Assembly: GCA_951406725.2 (NCBI GenBank)
Contig: OX597824.1
Location: 1,922,001-1,986,000, forward strand
Direction: 5' to 3'
Length of the DNA stretch: 64,000 nucleotides
DNA from: Octopus vulgaris
Taxonomy: Eukaryota
Of this stretch, positions 13,598 to 26,535 are shown piece by piece; positions within the stretch are counted from its first letter, which is position 1; the number at the start of each line of letters is the position of its first letter. The translations under genes were made by a program, and so were the position numbers. Below the pieces are notes generated by a model, which had not been told where the DNA came from, did not search any database, and saw only the letters and a list, made by a program, of their open reading frames with translations.

Positions 13598-13940
13598 ACT
13601 TATGTCGACATCAAAATGCACAAAAAACTTTTAGCTAACCGCTCTCAAGGAGCCCATGGTCATAATGAGTGACATCAGAGTGGCTGAATGTAGAAGAATC
13701 TAGAAGTTTCTAAAGGTTCAAGAGTTCAAACGAAGTAGGAGGAGGGAGGCATAAGAATAGTAAGGTGAGAGAGTGCAGGTCAAAAGAATGGTGGGTTTAA
13801 ATGATTTCTTTTGTGAATGAGTGCCTGTGTGTGTGACTGTATATAACTGTCTTAATGTGTGTATGTGTGTGTCTGAATGCGTGATTGTGTTTGTGGATGG
13901 GTAGATGTCAGAAAACTGACAGCTGTGAGTTGAAAGATCT

Positions 13941-14645
13941 GTGTCTGTGTGTTCGATTATGTTTACTGTAGAGAAAGGAAGGGAGAAAGAATCGGGAGAG
14001 GTGAGAGGCAACGCAACAATGGATAGTAGTAATTGGGAATATAAGAATACCAGCATTCTTAATAAGAGTTATATTATTGATGATAACAATCGCAGCATTC
14101 CTATAACCAGGGAATTTGCCGACGATATTACGACTAATAGTAATGATAATAAGATGAATAGTATCGTGGCCAAAGCCAGCAACAATTTTTACACCTATCA
14201 CAAAAATAAAACCTCTGTCTTAGTATCGGAAACCAACCCGAACAGATTAAAGTTCTTATCCCAAAATTCCAAAATTAGAAACACCACTTACCAATGCAAA
14301 ATCTCTTCTGGAACCGATGTCTACATCTATATTGGCGCAACCTCTTCTAAATTAGCCCGAAGGATCTCCAACCATTATTCCACTTTCAGAGATAAGAGAA
14401 AGCAAGACAGCACGAGCCTAAGCAAATTAGTCTGGCGTCTGAAGAACAATAACACTACGTTCAAGCTCGAATGGTCCATGTTGTCGGTGTCCTTCCCGTT
14501 TGATAAAGGCAGAAAATTTTGTGGCATCTGTAATTCCGAACTTTTTCATATTTTGTTCTCCAAAGGCCTTTTAATAAACACAATCGTCGAAAGATCCTAC
14601 AGGTGTTTACACTGGAAAAGACACGCCTTTCACTCATATAAATAG
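13941..14645 (+). CDS. GIY-YIG endonuclease of a Penelope-like element (domain ~14280-14642); the N-terminal ~35 codons derive from the inverted arm
   Basis: TTYQCKI...IYIGAT...RRISNH...STSLSK.VW.LK...CGICNSE...IL...LIN...E...CLH motif series; stop-free for 234 codons in AT-rich DNA. Confidence 0.8.
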   Translation: MSVCSIMFTVEKGREKESGEVRGNATMDSSNWEYKNTSILNKSYIIDDNNRSIPITREFADDITTNSNDNKMNSIVAKASNNFYTYHKNKTSVLVSETNPNRLKFLSQNSKIRNTTYQCKISSGTDVYIYIGATSSKLARRISNHYSTFRDKRKQDSTSLSKLVWRLKNNNTTFKLEWSMLSVSFPFDKGRKFCGICNSELFHILFSKGLLINTIVERSYRCLHWKRHAFHSYK

Positions 14646-15184
14646 TGACTAATATAGATAACCCCTCGATTTCCAAAAAAGTTTTTCCTATATTTCACCC
14701 CAATAGTCAAAAAGATTTTCTTATATTCCCAATTACTACTATCCATTCTTGCGTTGCCTCTCACCTCTCCCGATTCTTTCTCCCTTCCTTTCTCTACAGT
14801 AAACATAATCGAACACACAGACACAGATCTTTCACCTCACAGCTGTCAGTTTTCTGACATCTACCCATCCACAAACACAATCACGCATTCAGACACACAT
14901 ATACACACATTAAGACAGTTATATACAGTCACACACACAGGCACTCATTCACAAAAGAAATCATTTAAACCCACCATTCTTTTGACCTGCACTCTCTCAC
15001 CTTACTATTCTTATGCATCCCTCCTCCTACTTCGTTTGAACTCTTGAACCTTTAGAAACTTCTAGATTCTTCTACATTCAGCCACTCTGACATCACCTAT
15101 TATAAAGAGACACTCATTATGGCCATGGGCTCCTTGAGAGCGGTCAGCTAAAAGTTTTTTGTGCATATTGATGTCGACATAAGT

Positions 15185-15281
15185 TCCTTGATTTTCCTGA
15201 TGAGAAATCTGCATAATGTACTCCTTATTCCTTGGGAATTAGGAATATGCAGCCTTCGAAACATAGGTCGAGAATAAAGGA
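15185..15281 (+). ncRNA. Type I hammerhead ribozyme motif (right arm)
   Basis: Stem I ATTTTC/GAGAAT extended by TCCTT/AAGGA; CTGATGA at 15197; GAAA at 15258; GTC cleavage triplet at 15267-15269. Confidence 0.8.
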
Positions 15282-15477
15282 TATTTGTTAACTAGTCGTT
15301 CAACTCCATTCTTTCATATACTTATAATTTTAAAATAAACATACAAATTTCCGCACGAAGACACGTAGTCTATGCCCTAGGGACGTAGCTTCAACCGTGT
15401 TCTTTCTGATGTGAATTTGCTACCCAGTTATCGGTTAGCTTTGAATTATCCTTAATAAGATAATTCATTCAATTACT

Positions 15478-15541
<64 letters not shown>

Positions 15542-15807
15542 AACATGCATGTACTGTACAAATAATGAGGAACAGCCTTATTATGGTCGATTCAATGCTA
15601 TCTGCATTAATTAACAAATCCCCGATAAAATAATTAGCTACTTTGTTGAAGCCGGCATGAAGTCTAATAGCTACAGAGCACTCTATATGTATGTATATAT
15701 GTATGTATATATGTATATCATGAACATTATTTGATGTGTACTAATTGACTACAAGCATAGTTATGAAGTTTCAGTATTTAATTAATAAATTGAAGAAAAT
15801 GCTAGTG

Positions 15808-16980
15808 TACGAGGGTTGGCTGACCAAAAACTCTCTCATGGAATATGATCAGAGGATATTTACTTTTAACACAGTCCCCCTTGAGTTCCACGCGCATTCT
15901 TTCATCGGTGTTGCAGCACTCAGATCTCATTGGTCAAAAGTTCACGTCAATAGCAGATATGATGCCATCACCATTGTGATACTTACACGTTGGGAAACAG
16001 ATGATAGTCAGATGGGGCCAATTCAAGGGAACAGGGTGGGTGATCGACCAGTTCAAAGCTACAAAGACGCACAGTAGTCATTGAAGCAAAGGACTTCATG
16101 CAGGTGTGTTGTCCTGCCTGATACAATATAACAATTTCCCTCAGTTTTCCTCCGCATTCGATTTTATCATTTCGTAAATCATTCAGTAATTTGGCATAGT
16201 GCTCCTTGTTGGTGGTGTGGCTGTTTTGAATATAGTCAATAAACAAAACGATTGCGGTGATCACATCTGCAAATGAAGTGGCCTTGGATTTCTTTGGAGT
16301 AGTTGGTGGAAGGGTTTGTTTCCACTGCCTGGATTGTTTCTTTGTCTCTGACTTAAAAGATATGAGGCTAACAAACTTCTTGAATTAGGAAACGTTCAAG
16401 TAAATTAGTTGGATCTGCCTTAAAAATGTTATATTTTCCCGTGATGTGATCAGCCTAGAGCGTTTTTTTGCGTTAGAAGATATGGAGTCCGTCAAGTAGA
16501 AACCTTTGTCATATCAAGTTTGTTGTGCAGAGTATTCTCAACTTTCACACGCGATATGCTAATAGCATTAACTGTTTGATTTAGAGTCAATCATCTCTCA
16601 TTCGTTACCATGTGGTGAGAACGATTAATGTTTTCCTCGCTTGGGGCAGTTGAAGAACATCCAGTACTTGGGTCAACATCAAAACCTTCCCTTCCCCTTC
16701 AAAATTCAGCCGCGTACTTTTTCACAGATCATAAATCTGGAGCGTCATCCACTAATGTGGCAAGTATGTCAGTATGAACATCCTCGGGAGCTAAACCGGG
16801 TTTTTTTTTCAGATGGAAAATTACGATATCAAATTTTGTCTACTTCAAGACAAGCCGCTACTACTTAGTTTATATATTTAAATTCATTTATTTAATTTAA
16901 ATGAATGCATGCAAAAGTTCCCAGTTCTGTCGTTACTCTTTCCAAGTCTGCCTAAGAATGTTTTTCTGTGAACCCACGTA
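15808..16980 (-). mobile_element. Decayed mariner transposon
   Basis: Termini TACGAGGGTT / AACCCACGTA. Minus-strand peptide VILYQAG..H...FELVDHPPCSLELAPSDYHLFPN matches the mariner HPPYSPDLAPSDYHLF motif. Confidence 0.8.
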
Positions 16981-17464
16981 ATTAGTCTGAGTCAAAAATT
17001 TAAAACAAATGCGACGTGTGTTGCATTTGTTTTACTCTACATCTCTTATTGGGGTTTACCGTATTCTGTGACTTTGGCTTTACCCATGCATGCGTGTTGG
17101 GTATTAAATTCTTTCTTTCTCACACATACGCAAACACGTATACACGCTTGTGAATGCGTGTGTGTATGTGCGCGCTTTCGTGTGTGTATACAGATGTATG
17201 CTCATTATTCGTATGGAAGTGCATGGCTGTGTTCGTCGTCAACAATACAGATAGTCGCACATATTCATTGTCAAAAGATCCAATGAATTACTATTACAAA
17301 ACTGCATAAATAATAGTCAACTTTTATCTAAAACGCTAATATTATTCACAAAAAATATAATTTTCATATACATATATAAAAACATACAAACATATAGTTA
17401 TATATAACTTCACACACGTTCACAAAAACACACGCTACACACACACACATACACACACACACAC

Positions 17465-17534
<70 letters not shown>

Positions 17535-18107
17535 ATATATAGCTATCTATCATTACACACTATCACATACTGCTGAACAAAAGAAATCTAGACATAAGTA
17601 TGTGTGTGCACATATGTAATTTAAAGTCACACAAAAACTTTCTCTCACATATTTTTTTCCTGACTGCCATAAGTTGAAACTCGTTTGAAAAATACAATCA
17701 TTCCGGATATAGCGCCTAATTTACAATGTCATCTACAGCTGTAAATTGAATAGAAAAAAAAAGCAGTCGAAGAAAATATAAAATGCAAATAGAATATCGT
17801 ATTTTGAGTGGTGAAATGTAACATAGATATCGTAAGATGATTTTTCATAGAACCGAATAAAAAAGATATCGAAAATTGCCCTACATTATAAATATATATC
17901 ATTTTAAGAAGTAACAAGATTTTATTGGTGACATTTTTTCTTTTCTTATAGTTCTTCAACAAATTTCGAAAAGAACAGCTGAAGGAAAAATATATTGGTC
18001 TGGTCGCCATTTCTATAGGTTGTTTAATAACAATTAGTGCACCGTTGTAAAGAAGACACACATAGTATTAAAGAAAATTCAAGTATACATCCATAAGAAA
18101 TTTTAAA

Positions 18108-18163
18108 GTCTTACAGCTGTTTCTGGTTTATCTCAACATATGGGATATTCCGTCATCGGGGAC
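18108..18163 (-). ncRNA. Degenerate hammerhead motif (PLE-type terminal region)
   Basis: Minus strand: GTCC-CCGATGA-cGG..TATC..GATA..CCa-GAAA-C AGCT G-TA-AGAC. Confidence 0.6.
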
Positions 18164-18548
18164 AAATAGGGAAAATGTGAAGAGTATAGAGTACGTAATC
18201 GGTTACATAGAGGACTAGACAAAAGGAATACAGAAAAGAAGAAAAAGGAGTATAAAAGTTCACATTTAAACGAAAATAAGTATGAGGGGAACTAAAAGAC
18301 AGTAAAAGAATCGTACAAAATTTAGGTACATATTTACTATAAGGTGAGGACAGGTGTGTACGTACGCCACTATAAGGATATATAAATATAAGAAAATGAA
18401 CAAAAACGCAATAGATGACAATAAATCATATATATATTTAAATGAGTGCTTGGTGTAGTGTAATTATTTACGTAGCTTTCCATGAAATAGCCACAACTAA
18501 TTTTAGTAACATTTAAAACCAATGGCCCCGAGCATATAACCTCCACCG

Positions 18549-18598
18549 AGCCTGACGTGTCATCTACCACTTAATGGATGCGAAACCATTGGTCAATC
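18549..18598 (+). ncRNA. Degenerate hammerhead-like motif
   Basis: CTGACGT-gtCATCT...GGATGc-GAAA-CC ATT GG-TC; stem I is poorly paired. Confidence 0.4.
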
Positions 18599-18702
18599 TA
18601 TGAGCGGACATATATGAAAACTTCATGTTTTAATACATTATTGCTCCAACTTTCAGAGTGTGCTTCTTTTTCGACGGATATCTGATCTACTGACGATATA
18701 CA

Positions 18703-18736
<34 letters not shown>

Positions 18737-18862
18737 CATACATACATACATACATACATACATACACATACATACATACATACATACGTACATACATACA
18801 TACATACATACATACATACACATACATACATACATACGTACATACATACATACATACATACA

Positions 18863-18898
<36 letters not shown>

Positions 18899-19372
18899 TG
18901 TATAAAAAAATACAAACTGGGACAAGAACGCAAAACATTTTGATGACGATACAAAAAACACGGACGGGACATTCGAAGCCTTCACTCTTCAATCAAGAAC
19001 CGGATCGTCCTCGCAATTTCAGCTGATTAATTTTGAGATTGCTCTAATCTGGCCAGCCCCAAGGAAAAACTAAGCGCATTAGATTACTTGGAAGAAAGCT
19101 TCGAATGTATACAAAACAAGGACAGAAAAACGGACGATGTTACACGAATATGAATGCAAAAATAATATGTAAAAACAATAATAATAATATTAATAACAAT
19201 AACAGGACATCACGAACAGGCGTCTTTGGACTAGGACGAATTAAGCTCAGCTGGCGTGTTAGGAATGTGCCTTGGAGCAGAGAAAAAAATGTTGGTGTTA
19301 CCACGACGGCTGGTAGACCCGAAAGGCCAGCAGTCGGTCAGTCAGTCAGTCACGTGTGAAGAGAAGAGAGAG

Positions 19373-19422
<50 letters not shown>

Positions 19423-19432
19423 TCCGAATCTT

Positions 19433-19669
19433 TCAGGTGGCTAGCATATGAATAAAAAATTCACAGGTCATAATTATTATTAAAATTATCATTAAGGGTG
19501 ACTAAGAGATACCACCATGCTAGATATAGTAGCCGAAACTTGACTCTAAAACCTCATTAAATTTCTGGCTGCTATATCTAGCATGGTGGTATCTCTTAGA
19601 ACCCATTATTTATAGTTCTAATAATAATTATTACCTTTGAAGGTTTTTATTCCCATGCTGGCCACCTGA
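19433..19669. repeat. ~110-bp-arm inverted repeat; a further partial copy at ~20061-20130
   Basis: TCAGGTGGCTAGCAT...CTAAGAGATACCACCATGCTAGATATAGTAGCC vs GGCTGCTATATCTAGCATGGTGGTATCTCTTAG...ATGCTGGCCACCTGA. Confidence 0.85.
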
Positions 19670-19864
19670 TATGACCGGTATTTTAAATAACGATGTTATC
19701 CATATTTATGTACATTTATATATGTACGTCGTCATTATATTCACTGCGGTGGTATGTTGACCACATCACACGAGGAGTTTAGGCGGGCAATTTAAACTGG
19801 TCGTGTACATACATGCATATATATGTATGTATGTACACGTGCATATATGTAAGTAAACGTATGT

Positions 19865-19915
<51 letters not shown>

Positions 19916-19935
19916 ATTTATGTACTATTTGCGTA

Positions 19936-19996
19936 TATTCCACTGATGAAAGCAAAGCATTTCTTATGCAGAGCCAGAAATCCAGGACCTGGAATT
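19936..19996 (+). ncRNA. Degenerate hammerhead motif upstream of the third copy of the 19433 repeat
   Basis: TTCCA-CTGATGA-stem II (GCAT ttctt ATGC)-GAAA-TCC A GGA-CC-TGGAA; the cleavage-site U appears mutated. Confidence 0.55.
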
Positions 19997-20134
19997 ATTC
20001 AGTAATTTTTTGTTATTTTAATTTGTCTCTTTGTCGACTCTTCTGGTGCTGTATGAACATTTAAAGTGGCTTTAGAGTCAGGTTTTGGCTGCTATATCTA
20101 GCATGGTTGTATCACTTTGATACCCATAATCATA

Positions 20135-20250
<116 letters not shown>

Positions 20251-21670
20251 CGTATATACTCCTGTTTGCGTATCAAGATTTCTAATATCCAGCTATTTGT
20301 GTGCATACGTACATATTATGCACTCCAGTGGGTGTCATATATGTGTGTGTGTGTTTGTAGGTGTGTGCCTGTGTTTGTGCGTGTGTGTGTTTGTGCGTGT
20401 GTGTGCGTGTGTGTCTGTGTCAGTGTGCGCGTGTTCGCGTGTGATTTCATCTCACTAAATTTATGTGTTTGTGTGAAATGTTTCATTTCGTATATGGTAA
20501 TTTAGTTTTCCAGTTCATTCCATCAATTTAATTTTCCTATACAATTCGAGAAATACTTCAGAAATGTAAGGTTATATTCTTTTAGAAATGCGAAAAATAT
20601 TTTTCTCCTTCTTTTTGCTGATGACAGAGATTGAAAAATGTTAACGTATATACATCGGAAAATCTAATTGAAGCTGCCGAATATCAACATCATTAACTTA
20701 ATGGAATGAATATATGGCAGAGAATTGCCACCTCTAATCTTGAAGATAACGCAAGTGTTACGTTCTAATGAAAATACTGAGCTTTGTAATCCATTTCTAA
20801 GAAATAACTGATTTTACGCCCCCCCCCCTTCCCTTTTACCGAGATGAATTTCGTTACAAATGAACAGCTTTCTCACATTCATCGTTTTTCCTTCGAGAAT
20901 TATTGGAGGATTTGGACACATTTCTTCGTATATTTGTTTTATTTTACTTTGCATTATATTCAATCAGGAGCTCTTGATGTATTTTAAACTGAAGAAATAC
21001 ATCTGGTTCACTTACAAAAGTAGGGGCATCAAATGTGACGAGCAGTTCTTAAGAACAGGCTCAAACCGAATACAGAATGGCGGCGCTTGGAACATTTTAC
21101 GAAATAAGATATACAGACAGTAAATGCTATTGACGTTGGGCTGTAGGTTCAACTTAGAATTTTAAAAGTTGTTGTTTAACACACACGCTACAAATATTAT
21201 CGATGGGAGTCCTGCATGCGGAAATAATATCTCTGTAATCAAATATTTTCAGAAAAATCTATATAAAATCCATGCAATAAGGTTCTGTTTAATAGTTCCT
21301 TCTTCTCCACGAAATTAATTCGTCAATTTAAAAAGTTTATGAGACTTTTATGATTCCATTGTAGAAAGACTTCTTTTAGCATAAAGATAACGTGGAAACC
21401 GCTCAGAAGTGAGGCAGTGTCAACGTAAGCGATCTCATTTGATTTTCACTGCTTAATCTGACTTAGACATCGATATGAAACAGTAATACAACTGCAGAAA
21501 GCAATACGTGGAAGATATCAAAGCAGAACCAATCCTCAGGAATTTGTCATATTTTCTACGTGATTTCTTTATAGAGTGTTGTGTAGACTGTTGACAAAAA
21601 GTTCTTACACTCATTTCAACCTTTTGTATTTTTCATTTGCAAAATAGAAAATGCCATACGGTGTTTAATA

Positions 21671-21894
21671 CAGTGGCGTGCAAAAATAGTATGCAGTTAT
21701 GGAAAAACAGAAAACTCGTAGAAAAAAAAAATTAAAAGTTAGCCTTATTCTTAGTATCATTAAACATAATAATACATTTATAATAAATATAATAATAATT
21801 TTATCGTAAATTCTAAATTTCTTTTGATAAAAATAAATAAGTATTGTACATGTTTTCTGTTTTCATATCTGTATACCTCATTTTGCAACCCCTG
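21671..21894. mobile_element. Possible Tc1-type MITE
   Basis: TA|CAGTGGCGTGCAAAAA ... TTTTGCAACCCCTG imperfect terminal inverted repeats. Confidence 0.35.
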
Positions 21895-23830
21895 CATAAT
21901 TTCGATGGAATTTATTTTGTGAAAGGACTCTTGAATCAATGTAATGTGAACAAAATTAAAAATTACATCTAGAAACATATTAATTTATGTTTTACATTAA
22001 AGAATATTGCAAAGTTTTGAAACCCAAGCAATAAATCAGTCAGTTGCAGAATGACAAAGAAGCTGGACATGGCCAGGCGCTATTGGCTCAGCATTGCTGT
22101 TACTTACATGCGGGGTCTGTTCAGCCTCGTTCACATTTCTCATAGGCTCTCGGCAAGCCTGACCTGGCCAAAAGCTTGTCCACTTCCATTCTATGAATGC
22201 AACTTTGTTCTGCTAGTATTGTAACAAAACTTGATATTAACAATTTTCGTTGATGTCACTTACTTCAAACAGCAAGGAAATATTTTCATACGCTAGAGAA
22301 AATTACAAAGGAATTATGGACATAAATTTCACTTCATTCGGTTACCGTATACATCTGAAAATTATTGAATGCTTTATACTATGCAATGCTCAGTGTCAAT
22401 AAATCAGTTGAATTAAGCTGTTGTGAGTGTAGAAGATAACCCTCATCTCTTAAAAAACACGTAATAACTGACATGTAATATATAATTCATAAACGATTTG
22501 CAATCTTGCACTCAAATCTTACTATGAACAGATATGAGATCTTATAGTCATAGATGTAGGGTTTGAATTAACACTGTGTGAAGTATTTGGCGCGACTGAA
22601 TTGAAATGCAACAAAGCAAGTAAAATGTCCGATTGTGTAATTTATGCATGATCACATTTAACTGCGTGTAAATATAACCATTTTAAAAATCATACATTGC
22701 TCTACCTTGGTAAGGAAATAATATACAGAACATGTTATTGATGCCGTATATAATTTAGAAAGAGAGTTAACTATAAAAGCTTAAACGGATATATATTTTA
22801 GCGCAGCCTTATAAAGTCAACAGCGCTTCCAGGATGTAGAGATATTTAACTGGACACGTCATACACACATAATCTGACTCACCCCCTCTCTCTCTCTTTC
22901 TCTCTCTTTCACTCACACACACAGCTATATATATATACATATAAATAGATAGATAGATACGTAAAGAGAGAGAGAGAAAGAGAGGGAGAGAGAAGGGTTA
23001 TGTAAGACAGATCAAATCAAACTAAGACAAATCGTTCAGAAGATATTGGGAACAATACCGTTGTGAAAGAAAACCACGACGAAGAAATAATTTAATTATC
23101 AAGTATTTTGTTAAATCCGAATTCCAAACAATGACTTCCAACCTTGCCAATATCAACTGGCATTTGTAGTTCTCTTCTCTGCTCATGAAAGGAAAGCGAA
23201 AAATAATCAACCTCCACCGAGCGTTACAACTGAGATCAATTATAAATAAAACGATAGTCCAATACCGCTCACCGCTGTCTTTCGGTTGACCAATGCGTCT
23301 TGAATACGTAATTGTGAAGTGACATTACACATGTCACTGACGGTAATAAATATTTAAACGGAAAGGATGTAACTTCATATTGTTAGGTCCCTATTAATTA
23401 GACGTGCAGGAAACGGTCAGATACATGTTAGCACTGATTTACATTCCGAGTTGGATATATGGACGGATGAACGGAAATTAAACTACATTCGCACAGAATT
23501 TCTCAAGTCGCTAATCAGATTCCAGCATGGAATGGCGAGTCAGGTACAATAGATTATTGGTCTTAACGTGAAATAGCCGTACATGAAAATGCACACACGT
23601 AAACATGGTTATATACATATATACATACATACATACATATATATATATATATATTAGACGTGTATATATGTAGATGTGTATATATATATATATATATATA
23701 CACATACACACATACACACACACATATATATATACGTATATATGTATGCATGTATGTATACATATATATATGTATATATGTAGATATAGATATAATAATA
23801 ATTATTATTATTATTATTATTATTATGATT

Positions 23831-24087
23831 ATGAAAACTTACAGCTTATTTTGCTGGTATGATAGAACGTGTCAGTTGTCCACAGCCAGCAGACTAAGGT
23901 GACGCTTGTTTACTAGTCAATCTTCAAGAACTCTCGAAGAATTCTTGCAGTTCCAAGCAATGCTGATCTTTGTACGTGTTCTATCTTCACACTTACACCA
24001 ATCTTTTTTAGCCATGCTGGTAGTTGAGTGTTGATACTTCTAAGCGCACTAATTACTATTGGTTTCACTTGTACTCTCTTCATTGAA
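23831..24087 (-). mobile_element. 3' end of an R4/Dong-type RLE non-LTR retrotransposon abutting (TAA)n
   Basis: Minus translation MKRVQVKPIVISALRSINTQLPAWLKKIGVSVKIEHVQRSALLGTARILRRVLED*. Confidence 0.75.
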
Positions 24088-25310
24088 AAATATTGTACAT
24101 TTTATGGAGAAGAAAAGTATTCCGATAAGTTGAATATGTGATACTATTCTTGTTTTTAATCGATGATTTTCGGCATATTTATAGATAAGTGCCTCTATGA
24201 TTTGTTTTTTTCGTCATTACTTACTTATAAATTCATATTTGTCAATGACATAAGGAAAGGCACATTTCCAAAACTGAAAATTACGATTATGTTCATAAAA
24301 TATTTTTGTAGTCTCTAGGGAACTGCTTTTCTCTCATTTGCAACTCTCCAAAATTACTTTCCTCATAATTCTCTATAACATACATATTTTTATATGGAAT
24401 TTGGTAGAAATACATTTTGAGATGAATTAATATTTATCTTACTTTTTTAAAAGAGAATTTAAAATATGGAAGAATAAAAAATAACAAAACTGGAAGTTTT
24501 GTAATAGTATAATCAGAAAGGAGTGTAATCATCATTAAATTCTCTAATTTCCTACATTTTAACACACACAAAACACACATAGACACATATAAACAAACAC
24601 GCATACGTATATACCGAAATAGTGAAAGTATGGGTCTTAATGTTTAAGGGGTTAATGTCTTAAATTAATCCTTGTGCTGATTATATACAACGCATTTGAA
24701 TGTCTATTGCATCCGTCCACTCAGCAAAAGAAAAAGTAGTCCCCAAGTGGTAGGGAGGCTCTCTCCCCCTGTAGCTCTAAGCGTGCCACTGGGGCAAGGT
24801 GCTGGAGAATCGAGGGAAAGCCCTTAACTGCTATCGAATACAGAAAAATCTAAAACAATTAGCGAAACAAAGTACATGTTACGACTCCGTACACATTCGC
24901 GGATGGCGAGTGAATTTTCGTAATATAGATTCGTATGTTTGTGTGTGTATGGATGTGTGTATGTGTGTGTGTGTGTGTGCGTGTGTGTGTGTAAGCCTTT
25001 TTTATTTACCACATGCGTATATGATTTAGAGGACAATTGGCATCTGCATTCTAGTTGGTTTCTCGGATATTGGTTATGGCTAAGCTATAATAACATTTTG
25101 TCTCTGTGAAAATGATGTTTTATGGTTGAAGATCCTGAAGTGATTTATATTTGAACGAATATGCTGGTTACTTTAGAACTCATAGGACATAATGAGTTGT
25201 TTACAATAACATAAAATTCCAACCTAGATTGATACACATTAATAACAATGATAGGGGCATGAACTAATCATTTCATAGTATTCAATTTTTTTCCGTCGAT
25301 GTTTCACTTT

Positions 25311-26535
25311 GTGATGGTGAGCTGAAAGTTCATCGGCTGACTATGACCGAATGATACTAGAACTGTGAAATCTTGCATTCATTAGTTTCAACTTTTTGTT
25401 TTAGAAATAACCGCATTATTTTGTTCCAGGGAAAATGACATCTGCCTGTTCAAAGAATACTTCAAAAGTAAGTAAAAGCAACCCCACTTCAAAATGGAAC
25501 AAAACTTGGCATCGAAGTGTTATCAAGGATCTGCAGAAAACGGCACAGCCCTCAAAGACATACTTGCTACATTTGGAGATGGACACTCAAGCTTTATCAA
25601 CAGTGCAAAGATGGGGAGCTGAATTTAGGGGGAAAATGGAGAATCTTACATATAACCCAATTTCTGGACTTCTACAACTACCGTCACCGAAGAAAACGCT
25701 GACCGTTGATGACTGTTGATTGACTATAAATCAAATAGCCAATGCTATTAGCATATCCCGTGAGAGAGAGAGTTGAGAATATTCTTCACAATGAACTTAG
25801 CATGACGAAGGCTTCTGCGCCACCTCTTTTGACACCTGATCAAAAGCACGCCAGACTGATAACATCACGGCAGAATCTAACACTGTTTGAGGCGGACCCT
25901 GTTGGTTTTCTTGAACGTTTGCTAAGTCGGGATGTTTGTTGGCTTCATCGCATTAAGTCAGAGACAAAGAGGGTATCCATGCAGTGAATCCACCTCTTCA
26001 GCTGCTACAAAGAAGGTCAAGGTCATTTCATCGGCAGGGAAGATAATTGCCTAATTGCATCGGGGATGCAAAAGGCATTGTTTACCTTCAAAATGGTCAC
26101 CTCATTAATGGAGTGCACTATTCCAAATCCCGAGGCAGTTATGAAATGGCATCAAAACCAAACACCTAGAAAAGCTGACGGAAGGGGTCTTGTTTCGTCA
26201 GGGCAATGCTCTGTCACACACGTCCTTGGTTTCGATTGCTGCTGTGCATACCTGTGGCTTTTAACTAGTTGATCCCCATTCCTGTTCACCTGACTATCTT
26301 CTGTTCCCCAAGATAAAAAAAGAAAGACACTTGACTGGAAAGCTGTATCGCACTGATGGCAACGTCATATCTGCTGCTGTTGATGTTTTCCACCAGCAGG
26401 ATGAAAGCTTCTTCTCCAACAGCATCGATGGAAGAAGTGTGTGATCCCAGATGGAAGTTATATTAAAAAATAAACCTCATTTGGTCATATTCGATGAGAG
26501 TGTCATGGTCAGCCTAAGAACAGCTGACCGTCATA
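25311..26535 (+). mobile_element. Decayed mariner transposon
   Basis: Peptides LSTVQRWGAEFR, RERVENILHNELSMTKASA..LLTPDQK..R, SRDVCWLH...ETKRVSMQ; degenerate TIRs (GGCTGACTATGAC / GTCATGGTCAGCC). Confidence 0.8.

Larger units (their letters stand above)
13456..15480 (+). mobile_element. Penelope-like retroelement, 5'-truncated, with inverted pLTR/3'-UTR arms (13456-14047 and 14718-15326), inserted in (TA)n
   Basis: The ~600-bp arms are near-identical reverse complements (few substitutions, one ~17-bp indel). GIY-YIG ORF between them, HHR in each arm, ~155-bp unique 3' extension, (TA)n on both sides. Confidence 0.85.

Noticed and set aside
13718-15047. Duplicated ORFs 13718-14056(-) and 14754-15047(+)
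   Set aside because: They are mirror products of the inverted arms (UTR-like, low complexity) with no domain.
18910-19360. Repeat-like segment between microsatellites, checked for a hammerhead
   Set aside because: It has a GCAAT/ATTGC stem and GAAA but no CUGANGA core, and there is no second copy in the window.
21009-21147. Possible minus-strand exon bounded by CCTACAG and GTAAGTG
   Set aside because: Weak polypyrimidine tract and an unrecognisable peptide; cannot be supported without RNA data.
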